Positions 39,601-52,428 of a DNA stretch of 64,000 bases are shown here, piece by piece. The stretch is from Eledone cirrhosa (lineage: Eukaryota). A program made the translations under genes and the position numbers. The stretch spans positions 373,860,001 through 373,924,000 of the forward strand of contig OZ024743.1 of the NCBI GenBank assembly GCA_964016885.1, read 5' to 3'. How positions within the stretch are numbered: position 1 is the first letter of the stretch; each line of letters starts with the position of its first letter. Under the pieces are notes generated by a model. The model did not search any database. It was not told the DNA's origin and saw only the letters and a program-made list of their open reading frames with translations.

Positions 39601-40351
39601 GTTGGACTGGTCACCTTGCCAGGATAAAGGATTCTAGAATACCAAAACAACTCTTTTATGGAGAGTTGGTTAAAGGAAAACGACCGCCACATAAACCAAA
39701 AAGAGGTATAAGGATTCCTTGAAAGCCTCTCTGAAAGACGTTAACATCTCTGCTGATACATGGGAGAATATTGCTGCTGATCGTAATAAATGGAGAGAGA
39801 CTGTATATGAGGGAAAAGTTGCCTTTGAGGCATCTCGAATCGCATACGAGAAAGTAAAGCGGGATGTGAGGAAGGGCATTGCTGTTGCACTTCCAGACGG
39901 CGAGGGTCCTCTTATGGTGCTGACATGCAGCGTATGTGCGAGACTCTGCCTAAGCAAAGCTGGACTCGAAAGTCATCTTCGCAGTCATAAAGTAAGACCA
40001 GTGGTTGACTACCAGGCTGCTGTTGGAGATGCTACTCATCATGCTTGCCAAACATGTGGTAGAGAATGTAAATCAGCAGGAGGGCTCAAGCGACATGCAA
40101 AAGTACACGAACTCCAACCACAGCCGACTATTCACAGTGAATGTTTTGGTTGCCGACTCTGTGCAAGACATTTTAGATCATTGGCAGCGCTGTTAGTTGC
40201 TATCGTGTGTGTGTGTGTTTCTTTTTTTAAAAATTTATTTATTATTATTATTATTATTTTTATTTATTTATTTATTTATTTAATTATTATTTTTTTTCTT
40301 CTTCTCGTGCAATGGCCATACTCGATAACGAGGGGGCAGCCATCATCATCA
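36313..40351 (+). mobile_element. RTE-clade LINE, apparently full length, frameshifted
   Basis: Single APE-RT ORF (WNVRTL, LSETRL, GDFNARVG, LLDY, TDH; SPGMDG, FVDLTKAFD, GVKQG, YADD). The 5' UTR has CTAGGAGAAGG, and the 3' end has a CTCG ATAA CGAG stem-loop followed by a (TATG)n tail. Confidence 0.93.
36692..40196 (+). pseudogene. RTE polyprotein: APE + RT + 3 C2H2 zinc fingers; breaks at ~38635, ~39710 and ~40185
   Basis: Joined from ORFs 36692-38713, 38649-39722 and 39719-. The copy at 50471-51028 shows the undeleted C-terminus. Confidence 0.9.
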
Positions 40352-40369
40352 TGTATGTATGTATGTATG

Positions 40370-40757
40370 AAGACATCAGTAGTTGGACATGCAATTTCTG
40401 TCACCGTGTTCTCGTCTCAAAGGCTGGTTATGTTAATCACCCGAAGTCACATGATAGGATAACCACCTGCAACACCACTCAACAAAGACCTGGTGAAACA
40501 ACGCGTATGATGTGCAACAAAGTGTGTAGAACTGGTTCCGGACTAAAAAGACATATGGTGGTACATAAATAATGTGTCCCACAGGGTGACACCACCGGTC
40601 CTGTGGAAAGCACAACTCTATTCTGTCACCTGTGTCGTAAACCATGCAGATCTACAGATGGTCTACAAAATCATCTACGAAGTCATGGACGTGGGTGGGA
40701 TGACAATGAAGAATCAATAAGAGACGGAAATCGTCTGCGAAGACGCTGCAATCCTGA
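40370..40757 (+). mobile_element. 3' fragment of a second RTE-like family (3 C2H2 fingers) between (TATG)n tracts
   Basis: CNFCHRVLVSKAGYVNHPKSH, MCNKVCRTGSGLKRHMVVH and CHLCRKPCRSTDGLQNHLRSH. 3' hairpin CGTCT GCGA AGACG followed by (TATG)n. Confidence 0.75.
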
Positions 40758-40963
40758 TGTATGTATGTATGTATGTATGTATGTATGTATGTATGTATGT
40801 ATGTATGTATGTATGTATGTATGTATGTATGTATGTATGTATGCATGTATGTATGTATGCATGCATGTATGTATGTATGTATGTATGTATGTATGTATGT
40901 ATGTATGTATGTATGTATGTATGCATGTATGTATGTATGCATGCATGTATGTATGTATGTATG

Positions 40964-43777
40964 TTATCTCTTTCTCTTAATTTCGAGTATATTTTTTTTT
41001 AACTGGCCACCTTCCTGGTGGCAAGGTTGTAAAAGAAAAGAAATTGTGATCCCTTGAATCGCAAGAATGTTTTGCAAATTTTGAAGGTGCCAGCTATCGC
41101 AGCCATTTGTAGACTATGAATTAGGGAGCTGCGCTTTTTGTCCGCAAATCCAAGTTCAGTCATATTTTGGTCCAAGAGGGTTGGTATATAACCCGTAGCT
41201 CCAATAATGATGGGTATGAAGCTAAAGGTGTATCTTGGATACTGGATTTGTAAACTCCTCATCAATGGTCCGTAGATGTCCTCCTTCTCCTGTATTTTTA
41301 TGACAACGTTTACACAAGTGGGCAGCTGATCTCCACAACAGAACACGTTTTCAATGTGTGGTCCCAAACTACAATATCAGGCCGGTTGTGCTTTAATTTG
41401 GTGGCAGTTTTTATTTTCAGGTTCCACCAGTATTCCTTAGTGCCATCTGTCTCAATATATTCTTCCTCGTTTGTTGTTAATTTTGTTTTCCGAAGTGCGT
41501 TCCAGATGGTTCTAGCTATCCCATGGGGAGGTAGTAGCGAGATGACATTCTTTCGCAGCTGGCAACAATGTGGCTTACATCCTCGATCTTTGTTTTACAT
41601 AGCCTACATTTATTGTCAGCTGCTGGCCCTCCTCTTTTGTGCAGCAGATATTTGGTAGGGAGTTCTTGTTCCTGTATTGCATAGAGATATCCCTCAAGGT
41701 GTGATGTCATAAACTTGTCGGAACTCCATGCCAGGCTTTTTGAGTGGTTTATCCCCTCTATGGTCTGTGTTTTACGCCTCAAGTATCCATGCACAACTTT
41801 TTCTGTAAATTGGTCAATTTTCTTATCTTGTTTGAACATTGAATAGGATCTTCCGATTTCTCTGGGTGAGAGATTTATATCAGGCTTTATTCCATATCTC
41901 TCCTCCAGATCAGTTGCTATTCTAATGATATTTCTTTTTTCATGCTCATAAACCTGGGCAAGATGGTTGCCAACCTTTTTCCTCTGTTGAAGGTGTTGCT
42001 TCAGTGTTACTATCCGGGTCTCATATGTTGTTAATATTGATTTTAGACCCCGGCCACCTTCCTTGCGTGAGAAGTATAGCCTATCCACATCACCATTGAT
42101 GTTAAAGTTGCCAGTAACACTGAGAAGTTTTCGAGTTCTAACATCCATCTCACTTAGTTCTTGCAATGACCAGTTCAGTAGGCCAAATGTTGGCGTTAGA
42201 ATTGGCACAGCATAAGTATTGTGGGCAATGTATTTGTTGTATGCTGACAGTTCTGATGACCATATTTTCTTTATTCTTCTGAGGTATTCAGTTCTGGTTC
42301 TCTCCTTATTTATGGGTCCATCATATCTGACATTCTCATCCTGTCCAAGATATCTGTATTTGTCACCTGACTGCAGAGGTTGTTTTTGTCAGGCCGTTCA
42401 TCTCTAGATTTCTAGAGGAGGGCACAGCTCTTCCACGTTTTACTGCAAAATATGCACACTTGGACTCACCAAATTTCATTTTGATGTCGGTTGAAAATTG
42501 TGTAATGAGGTCCAATTGTTTCTTGATGTCATTGATATTTGGCCCATACAACTTCAGGTCATCAACAAAGAAAAGATGGGAGATACTTCTGGGCCCACTT
42601 CTTTGTCCACCTTGTTTCCTGAGTAGGTAAGATAGTGGATTCAGTGAGAGAACGAAGAGTAGTACTGACAAGCTATCACCCTGAAAGATGCCCTTCTGGT
42701 AATGTATCTTATCAGTCTTAACCTGCTCCTCCTCACCTCTAAGGATCAAATTGGTGTACCAGTTCTTGGTCAGGCGTTCAACAGCAGCTACCAATGGTTG
42801 TGGGACTTTAGCTAACTGTAAAGCCTTAATAATCCACCCATGAGGTACACTATCAAATGCTTTTTGATAGTCCAGCCACACGACAGTCATGTTTCTGCGA
42901 TTCTTTGTTGTTTTTTCCTGAATCATTTTGTTAGTTAGTAGGTGATCTATGCAACCCCACACCTCCCTCTTTCCACCAGCTTGCTCAGGTGTTATGATGT
43001 TGTTGGTAGCACAGTGATCCTGTAAGAACAGGTTAAGGCACCCAGTATATAATTTATACATGATGTTTTGGCAGGCAATTGGGCGGTAATTTTTAGCAAG
43101 GGTGGTTTGGCTATTTTGGGGAATGAGGAGAGTAGTGGCAGTTGATAACCATCTGGGCAGTTCTTGTGTGCCCTCAATGGTTTCTGTAAACAGCCGTATG
43201 AGATCTTGCCGATAGAAAGTGAAATTCTTCAACCAGTATCCTGTAATGAGGTCTGGGCCTGGTGATTTCCTATTCGACATTTTCTGTAGAGCTGTTTCCA
43301 GTATTGACCCATCTATGTCATATTGTTTTGTCTGGACATGTTGGCAGTAGTCCTGTTCCAGTTCTTTTAGCCAATTAGCTTGTCTGTTGAATCCGTCATC
43401 CGTTTCCCATACAGATCTCCAGTAGCTCTCAACCTGTTCTTTTGAAGGGGTGTCGTTTACAGGGATTGAGCTTTTGCCACCGAAGCTGCGATAAACTGAT
43501 TTAGGATCTCTGGCAAACAATCTATTTAGCACTTGTCGTTTATGTGCTGTTGACTTATATTTTAGTCTTTCTGTTGTAGCTGTGAGTTGTTGTTTCAACT
43601 GGTGTAATTTGGAGTTCAAAGTTTTAAATTTTGTATCTCCAAATCGTCTCTCTAACTTTTTCTTTAGGTCTTCCTGGTGTCGTGTGAAGTTGCTCTCTAT
43701 GTTGCATTTCATAACGACTGCGATGTGTGAGATACTTCGTCTCAGAGACAAAATTTTGGTTTTCAAATTTCGCATCC
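40964..43777 (-). mobile_element. R4/Dong-clade RLE LINE (second family), 5'-truncated
   Basis: RT motifs (KSPGPD, WLDYQKAFDSVPH, GIFQGDSLS, FVDDLKLY), CCHC finger CRLCKTKIEDVSHIVASC and RPD endonuclease remnant. The 3' end abuts (CATA)n. Confidence 0.92.
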
Positions 43778-44707
43778 ACCCGGCTGTCAGTGGAGAATCC
43801 ACCTCGTCATTCTATAGAGGGCTGGTGGTTAGCAGGTGCGACGACCTCCTCGGAGAAGCCCTAGGCACGGAGGAAGACGAACTGGCCAACCTGTTCGGTA
43901 GGACATTCAGCCCGGGACACCATGGATCACTTCCAGAGGTTCCTGGCCTGGCAGTGTTACCGAGGGCCTCTGCCCGTTCGAGAAAGGCTCTACAGATACG
44001 GGCGCCCGAGTAGGGAGCCCTCGAAAAGATCTGTCTCAGATGCGTGTGCGAAGAGGAAACTGTTGCACACGCATTGGTACATTGCTCGGGCATTGCCGAT
44101 CTGTGGGGCTATGTCGAACAACTGCTCTCAAGGGTGGGACCGATCCGGTTGACCACCGAGTCTATTGTAACGATCAAGCCGCCCTCCCTCTTCAAAAACG
44201 AAGAAGAGGCGGTGTTTCTGTGCGTAATAGCCATGGCGAAAGAGGTTGTATGGTGGACGCGTCTGAAAGGACTGAGGTCAGACACCTTTCTCTCTGGCCA
44301 ACAACTGGTCCGTTTCTTCCGATATCATTTCGGAAGAAGGATCAGGATGGAAAGAGAGGTGCTGCACCCCAGCCGTTTTTATGAAAGATGGGTGAAAGTG
44401 GGGAGAATGGCCCGTGTGAATGGGCCTTCACTCTACATCAGACTATAGGTGAGGAAGATGAAAGATCAAGGGAGCACTCCCTCTCTGTGCTCCTGAGGAG
44501 AAGGGTTGCACACTTTTTTAGGGGGTGTGTGCGGCCCCCCAAGGCGCCTCCTCCCTATTGAGGATTTTGTTATTAAATATTTTTGTTAGATTTTATATAT
44601 TATTTTTTATATCTTGCCTCCTCCTTATTGAGGACGCCTTGTTTTGTAAACTCCCCCCATTGTACTTGTCCCACTCTTTGATGCCCTGGTGGCAAATAAA
44701 AAGAAAG
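43778..44707 (+). mobile_element. Tx1 LINE, 5'-truncated 3' fragment
   Basis: Homologous to ~14478-15410 and ends AATAAAAAGAAAG followed by TTATCTATCTATCT. Confidence 0.92.
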
Positions 44708-44819
44708 TTATCTATCTATCTCCTACTTCCCCCTCTCACTACCTCTATTCCATACAACACTCTCCTACGCCCCTCTCTCAACATCTCTACTCCCCTTCTC
44801 TACAACACTCTCCTACTCC

Positions 44820-44851
<32 letters not shown>

Positions 44852-45100
44852 CTCTCTATTCCCTCTCTTTACAACACTCTCCTACTCTCTTTCTCACTCT
44901 CTCTCACTTTCTCCCTCTCTCCTCACCCTCTCTCTGTCTCTTACTCTCTCTCTCTACCTCTATTCCCCTTCTTTTCATCTTTGTTTCTTTCATCTTACCA
45001 TCTATTTCATCTTTATCGTCATATTTCTATATAACCTACATTCATATCTCCCCCCTCGCTCTTTATATACATACATACACATACACACACACACACACAT

Positions 45101-45188
<88 letters not shown>

Positions 45189-45240
45189 GCAGGCATACAT
45201 ACACACACATACATACACACACACATACACACACACGCAC

Positions 45241-45271
<31 letters not shown>

Positions 45272-45436
45272 TATACATACATATATATATAATATATGTA
45301 TGTATATATGTCTATAAAACCAACATTTATTTTATTATACCTTCTGTCTGTCTCTCCCTCCTTTACTTTATCTCTGTAAATATATACACACACTGGCACA
45401 CACACACACACACACACACACGTTGGCACATACTGG

Positions 45437-45467
<31 letters not shown>

Positions 45468-45572
45468 TGGCACACACACACATATTTAATGGTTTTTTTT
45501 TTATTCACGACGATTGTTTATTCGGAAGTTTTGTTGAAGGTAGAGTCTTCTCAGAACTGCTCACTTCCAACT

Positions 45573-45972
45573 ATACATTCTCTATTAATTAAAACAGATA
45601 CTATAATACATTCTCTATTAATTAAAACATATACTATAATACATTCTCTATTAATTAAAACAGATACTATAATACATTCTCTATTAATTAAAACAGATAC
45701 TATAATACATTCTCTATTAATTAAAACAGATACTATAATACATTCTCTATTAATTAAAACAGATACTATAATACATTCTCTATTAATTAAAACAAATACT
45801 ATAATACATACTCTGTTAATTAAAACAGATACTATAATACATTCCCTATTAATTAAAACAGATACTATAATACATTCTCTATTAATTAAAACAGATACTA
45901 TAATACATTCTCTATTAATTAAAACAGATACTATAATACATTCCCTATTAATTAAAACAGATACTATAATAT
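45573..45972. repeat. 33-bp minisatellite x ~12
   Basis: Unit ACATTCTCTATTAATTAAAACAGATACTATAAT. Confidence 0.95.
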
Positions 45973-46060
45973 ATGGCCTCTAAAAACAGTATATGAGACA
46001 CTCATTCGGTGCATGTTTGTGGTATTTATTACATAAATCGATAAAAGAAGCACATCCACT

Positions 46061-46124
<64 letters not shown>

Positions 46125-46206
46125 CACACACACCTGCATCTCCCTATGTATCGAGTACTCCTATGATTAGTGGTCTCCCCGGTTTCAGCACTGCAGTCTC
46201 CCCCCC

Positions 46207-46248
<42 letters not shown>

Positions 46249-46250
<2 letters not shown>

Positions 46251-46860
46251 GGTGGCTGCCAACTCGTTTTCGAGTACGACCACTAGTTTATATCCATGTA
46301 GGAGAACCCCCTACCGATGCGCTGAACGAGTGTGACTTCCCAGTCCAGCCAGCGACTTGAAAACTCTGGTACAAACACTACACCTGTGACAATTATTGAC
46401 ACATAGTGCTGGGCCCATGGTACCATGTGACGACAAGTGCAGAGAGATCTCCAGATATAAAGCAATGCCTGTGCCGTGAAGCTTTTATAGTGAGCAAAGG
46501 CACTGCACAAAGCCAGTCCCACTCTCTTAACCAAGATGATATTTACCAAAAAGAAGAACAAGTCAACATCATTGGATACCATCAGGATTGCAGGTGTTAT
46601 ATCAGAGTTTTCCTTCTCCTTGAATTCTGCCTTGACAAAGGCTAAGGGGTCATCTCTCCCGGTGATTTTGGATGGCCATTGACTCTTAAGAGCTCCTTTG
46701 CCTTTTGACAGATTTTGTTTTTAGTCCTGCAGGATGTCCAAAGTCACCCTCCTCACCAAGAAACCTTGGTGGGTTGCCAGTTTAGTCGCCAACGACCCGA
46801 CCATGGGACAGGTTGTACTGGGATACATGTTACCAGTAGCACCAACTGGTAACATGTATC
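46249..46860 (-). mobile_element. RTE-derived non-autonomous element (bipartite SINE-like)
   Basis: Reverse complement of 51497-52105. It shares RTE 5' UTR motifs and the CTCG AAAA CGAG...GCAGCCACCAT tail. Confidence 0.85.
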
Positions 46861-46959
46861 CACATGTATGTATGTATATATACACATATATATACATACA
46901 TACATACACACACACACACACCCACACATACACACACACAGACAGACACACACACACAC

Positions 46960-47009
<50 letters not shown>

Positions 47010-47014
47010 TGTAT

Positions 47015-47677
47015 AGTGTAAGATAGTAATATGGACGTAACCAAGAGAAGGAACCCTTCATCAGCTGTTAACTGTGATCATAGATGTTTCGACGCTTAAA
47101 ACAGGACATCGAAATCGATCAGCAGCGCGTAAAACCCTTTTGGATTTCCCTTCTCCCTCTCACTTTCGGTTTCTCTTACTCTCTCTCTCTCTCTCTCCAC
47201 TCACTTTGCTGAGATCGCACGGAAAAACGCCGCTCCGCAGTTATTTGACCACGAGACTTAAGTCTAATCGATTCGTTGTAACTTATTCTATTTTCTCATC
47301 GGTTACTCACTTGCAAGTGCCATTGTCCTGTATCCCCCCTCCATTCGGTTTGTTTACTTCGTTTTTCCTCTTTCTTCCTCTCTCTTCACTATTCTTTTTC
47401 TTTTCTTTCTCACATGACCTTTTGATCGATAAAAGGCCTTGGGCGCGCTGTTGATCGATTTCGATGTCCTGTTTTAAGCGCCGAAACATCTATGATCACA
47501 GTTAACAGCTGATGAAGGGTTTCTTCTCTTGTTGACGTCCATATTACTATCTTACACTTTACAGTAACCACACACCCCGCTACGTTTCTTGTCATTTTGT
47601 ATTTACTGCTGTGAACCCCCGCTCCCTGTTTTGCTCGATTTGTGGTCCCACCATGCTTTCATATCAACTCTCTCCTC

Positions 47678-47750
<73 letters not shown>

Positions 47751-47826
47751 TCATTTTCGACCGTGTTTTACACATGTCCTAAAACCCTTTTGGATTATCC
47801 CGCTTTCCCTTCTTCCTCCCACTTCT

Positions 47827-47917
<91 letters not shown>

Positions 47918-47981
47918 CCACTCATTTTGCTAAGATCTCACGGAAAAACACCGTTCCGCAGTTATTTGACCACAAGACTAA
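47015..47981. mobile_element. non-coding element with a ~115-bp inverted repeat (47015-47129 / 47444-47558) and a direct repeat (47130-47260 / 47780-47981)
   Basis: Seen by direct comparison. The A'-B-C-A-D-B layout starts at a (TA)n tract. Family not identified. Confidence 0.65.
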
Positions 47982-48112
47982 ACTCCAAGAAACTGGACTC
48001 ATATGATTCCAATTCCTTGGAGGACTAACAACACACCCAGGCGCTGGACATATCGATGAATTGACAGAGTGAAACACATTTCAACAACATGTTTATCTAT
48101 TTTGTCTACATT

Positions 48113-48180
48113 AATTCGGACTACCTGATGAGGTGACAGCCAATAATAGCTGTCACTGAAATATATATAACCGAGAATTT
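48113..48180 (+). ncRNA. hammerhead remnant with disrupted stem I
   Basis: CUGAUGA-GGUGACAGC caauaaua GCUGUCACU-GAAA-UAUAUA-UA. Proximal stem I does not pair, and AATAAA follows. Confidence 0.55.
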
Positions 48181-48215
48181 ATAATAAACGAAGCCAAATT
48201 TAACATGTTTGACTT

Positions 48216-48386
<171 letters not shown>

Positions 48387-48611
48387 CCACACATATATAT
48401 ATATATTTATTTCTGTAGGTATAAGGTTACATACAAATTGACTCGATGAAGTAAAAATGTTTCTTATATTTTCAAATAATTCTTATGAATCCAATCATTT
48501 GTTCATATAATTAAATATGTTTTATGAGATGGAAGAAACATGCGTAATTTAAATATAATATAATTAACAGTCTTTGGTCTTTGGTCTTTTTTTCAAGGTA
48601 TATATATGTAT

Positions 48612-49040
48612 GTATGTCGGTTCTCTGCTCACTACATAGCTTGACCACCTCGATATACATGGAGCTCAGTTCCAGCATGAGAACCTATGTGGAATTTTAG
48701 ACCAGATAAACTTTTAAAATGTCGTCCGCATAAATTGCACCTTAGTTTCTGTATAGCTTCAACTGCCTGAATTGTCTGATCTTGATGAAGCTTGAAATGT
48801 CTTTTTAGACCTCCTCTAGATTTGCATATTTTGTGACATATGTGGCATTGATAAATGTGAACTGATTGTCATGTTATGAGGTCAGTAGGACGCGTACTGT
48901 TGTGTGGTCTCATGTGAGATTAAAGTCCAGCTTCTGATAGGGAGATTTTGCCACAAATTGTAAAAGTAGAAAAAGTCCCATTAATGCGTCCTGTTTCGAT
49001 TTTATTCGTCTATCATTGCGAATGCGTTACGGAAAGTTAC
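48612..49040 (-). mobile_element. 3' fragment of a third RTE-like family (3 C2H2 fingers) ending in (CATA)n
   Basis: Hand translation of the minus strand gives TICGKISLSEAGL*SHMRPH, CHICHKICKSRGGLKRHFKLH and CNLCGRHFKSLSGLKFHIGSH. Confidence 0.75.
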
Positions 49041-49177
49041 TACATACACACGCACGCACACACACACGCCCCCCCCCCCCACACGCACACAAATGCATGT
49101 CCATGTATGTATGTATGTATGTATGTATGTATGTATGTATGTATGTATGTATGTATGTATGTATGTATGTATGTATG

Positions 49178-49435
49178 TTCTGGTTTTATAATTTCACAAA
49201 GTTTTGTCAATAGAGAGCGCGTCGGTTTCTAACATAGATACATTGGAATTTACACAACATCAACTAGGTAGATATGTATGCATGTATGCATGTATGCATG
49301 TGTGTGCAGGTATGGATGTTATTGTATGTGTGGATGTGTTACTTTTGAGTTATATGTGTGCATGTGAATATGCTTTGTATGTGTGCAAGTGTATATACAG
49401 TTATTAGATGCAGAATTTTTGGAATGTTTTACATA
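49178..49435 (-). mobile_element. R4/Dong 3' UTR fragment
   Basis: Homologous to 25712-25985 and adjacent to (TATG)n. Confidence 0.85.
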
Positions 49436-49439
49436 ATGT

Positions 49440-49805
49440 AGGTATGTATCTCCAATCCAAACCAGGGCCTTGTCACTCCTGTTGGAGGAACCCGTCTCTG
49501 GTTGACCTCCACAGCTTTCTGTTTGGTTTTGGTCATGTCAGGGGGTTAGCTGTACTCACCATGATTGGTCAATTGCGGGTTGGTGAGGCTATTTAACCCA
49601 TAATTGGGGTGGATGGCCGTTGACTCTGAGGAGTTCATCCGCTCTTTTTGTATCTTTTTTTTTTATGCTGCAGGGGATCCACTTACCTTCCTCACCAGAT
49701 CAGGGCCTGGTGGGGGAGCCGGTCTAGTCATCGACCACTTGACCATGAAGCAGATTGTACTGGGTTACATGTTAGCAGTAGCAGGCAGAAGCTTAACCTG
49801 ACCAT
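49440..49805 (-). mobile_element. diverged relative of the RTE-derived non-autonomous element
   Basis: 49670-49785 aligns by eye with 46728-46845 (CCTCACCA..GGTGGG..TTGTACTGGG.TACATGTTA.CAGTAGCA). Confidence 0.6.
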
Positions 49806-49936
49806 ATGTATGGATGTATGTATGTATCTATGTATGCATGTATGTATGTATGCATGTATGTATGTATGTATGTATGTATGTATGTATGTATGTATGTATG
49901 TATGTATGTATGTATGTATGTATGTATGTATGTATG

Positions 49937-51249
49937 TCATGTACCAACCTGCCCCTGGTAAGCAGTACACTGAACCAAACATCTATGTGTATGGCAAACG
50001 ACTTGGAGTGGTTGATCAGTTTGTCTACCTGGGAAGCACTGTCAATCGATACAGCAACCTTGACAGTGAAATCTCACTTAGGATTAGGAAAGCAAGTGAT
50101 GCTTTCGGAAAGCTAGAAAGGCGACTCTGGGGTCGGCGAGACATATGCAGGAGGACAAAGGTAAAGGTGTACAGGGCATGTGTGCTCCTTTGTCTTCTTT
50201 ATGCCTGCGAGACCTGGGTCACATATCGACACCACATTAAGCAATTGGAGAGTTTCCATCAGATGTGTCTCAGACGGATCAGTTTCCATCAGATGTGTCT
50301 CAGACGGATCCATGGCGTTCACTGGAGGGACCACATCAGTGATGTCGAGATTTTGGAAAGCTCTATGTGTGACAAGATAGAAGCTCTTGTGCTTAAGCAA
50401 CGACTCCGTTGGACTGGTCACCTTGCCAGGATGAAGGATTCTAGAATACCAAAACAACTCTTATGGAGAGTTGGTTAAAGGAAAACAACCGCCACATAAA
50501 CCAAAAAAGAGGTATAAGGATTCCTTGAAAGCCTCTCTGAAAGACGCTAACATCTCTGCTGATACATGGGAGAATATTGCTGCTGATCGTAATAAATGGA
50601 GAAAGACTGAATATGAGGGAAAAGTTGCCTGTGAGGCATCTCGAATCGCATACGAGAAAGTAAAGCGGGATGTGAGGAAGGGCATTGCTGTTGCACTTCC
50701 AGACGGCGAGGGTCCTCCTATGGTGCTGACATGCAGCGTATGTGCGAGACTCTGCCTAAGCAAAGCTGGACTCGAAAGTCATCTTCGCAGTCATAAAGTA
50801 AGACCAGTGGTTGACTACCAGGCTGCTGTTGGTGATGCTACTCATCATGCTTGCCAAACATTTGGTAGAGAATGTAAATCAGCAGGAGGGCTGAAGCGAC
50901 ATGCAAAAGTACACGAACTCCAACCACAGCCGACTATTCCCAGTGAATGTTTTGGTTGCCGACTCTGTGCAAGACATTTTAGATCATTGGCTGGGCTAAA
51001 AAGCCACATTCGATCGCAGCGCTGTTAGTTGCTATCGTGTGTGTGTGTGTGTGTAGATATGCTTATGTGTGTGCGTGTGTGTGTATATATATATGTATAT
51101 GTATATTATTATTGTTGTTGTCGTTATTATTATTGTTGTTATTATTATTATTATTATTATTGTTATTAATGTATGTGTGTGTGTATATGTGTGTGTGAGT
51201 GTGTGTGTGTGTGGGTGTGTGTGTATGTGTGTATGTATATGTATATATA

Positions 51250-51296
<47 letters not shown>

Positions 51297-51402
51297 TATT
51301 TATTTTTATTTTCTTTTTATTTATTTATTATTATTATTATTATTATTTTTTTTTTTCTTCTCGTGCAATGGCCATACTCGATAACGAGGGGGCAGCCATC
51401 AT
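49937..51402 (+). mobile_element. RTE LINE, 5'-truncated second copy
   Basis: Homologous to 39158-40351, with a 30-bp internal tandem duplication at 50251-50310 and an expanded 3' UTR microsatellite. (TATG)n lies on both sides. Confidence 0.92.
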
Positions 51403-51496
51403 GTATGTATGTATGTATGTATGTATGTATGTATGTATGTATGTATGTATGTATGTATGTATGTATGTATGTATGTATGTATGTATGTATGTATAT

Positions 51497-52105
51497 ATGT
51501 CACCAGTTGGTGTTACTGGTAACATGTATCCCAGTACAACCTGTCCCATGGTGGGATCGTTGGCGACTAAACTGGCAACCCCAACAAGGTTTCTTGGTGA
51601 GGAGGGTGACTTTGGACATCCTGCAGGACTAAAAACAAAACCTGTCAAAGGGCAAAGGAGCTCTTAAGAGTCAATGGCCATCCAAAATCACCGGGAGAGA
51701 TGACCCCTTAGCCTTTGTCAAGGCAGAATTCTAGGAGAAGGAAAACTCTGATATAACACCTGCAACCCTGATGGTATCCAATGATGTTGACTTGTTCTTC
51801 TTTATGGTAAATATCATCTTGGTTAAGAGAGTGGGACTGGCTTTGTGCAGTGCCTTTGCTTACTATAAAAGCTTCACGGCACAGGCATTGCTTTATATCT
51901 GGAGATCTCTCTGCACTTGTCGTCATATGGTACCATGGGCCCAGCACTATGTGTCAATAATTGTCACAGGTGTAGTGTTTGTACCAGAGTTTTCAAGTCG
52001 TTGCCTGGACTAAAAAGTCACACTCGTTCAGCGCATAGGTAGGGGTTCTCCTACATGGATTTAAAGTAGTGGCCGTACTCGAAAACGAGTTGGCAGCCAC
52101 CATGT
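51497..52105 (+). mobile_element. RTE-derived non-autonomous element (bipartite SINE-like)
   Basis: GCCTTTGTCAAGGC..CTAGGAGAAGGAAAACTCTGATATAACACCTGC and GAGAGTGGGACTGGC..GCACAGGCATTGC match the RTE 5' UTR. The 3' tail is RTE-like. Confidence 0.85.
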
Positions 52106-52337
52106 ATTTATGTATGTATAATTACATCGCAGTATTGACTATCGTAACGTATGCAGTATAGGATACAAATAAAATTCAAATATGGGCAACTACATTGAGG
52201 CTTGGAGACAATAAACGAGTGGAAAATGCAAACAAGTAAAACAACATGGACATGCTGGTCATCAGCTGTCACTCATTGGATACAGTTTCGCATATCTCTG
52301 AACAGGACTATATATATACGTATATTATGTTGTTCTC

Positions 52338-52428
<91 letters not shown>

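Noticed and set aside
45423-45983. ORF with IHSLLIKTDTI repeats
   Set aside because: Translation of a 33-bp minisatellite.
51520-51580. HDV-like ribozyme at the 5' end of the RTE-derived element (CCAGT/ACTGG, CTAA, GTCG/CGAC)
   Set aside because: P1 and P3/L3 could not be assigned with correct HDV geometry.
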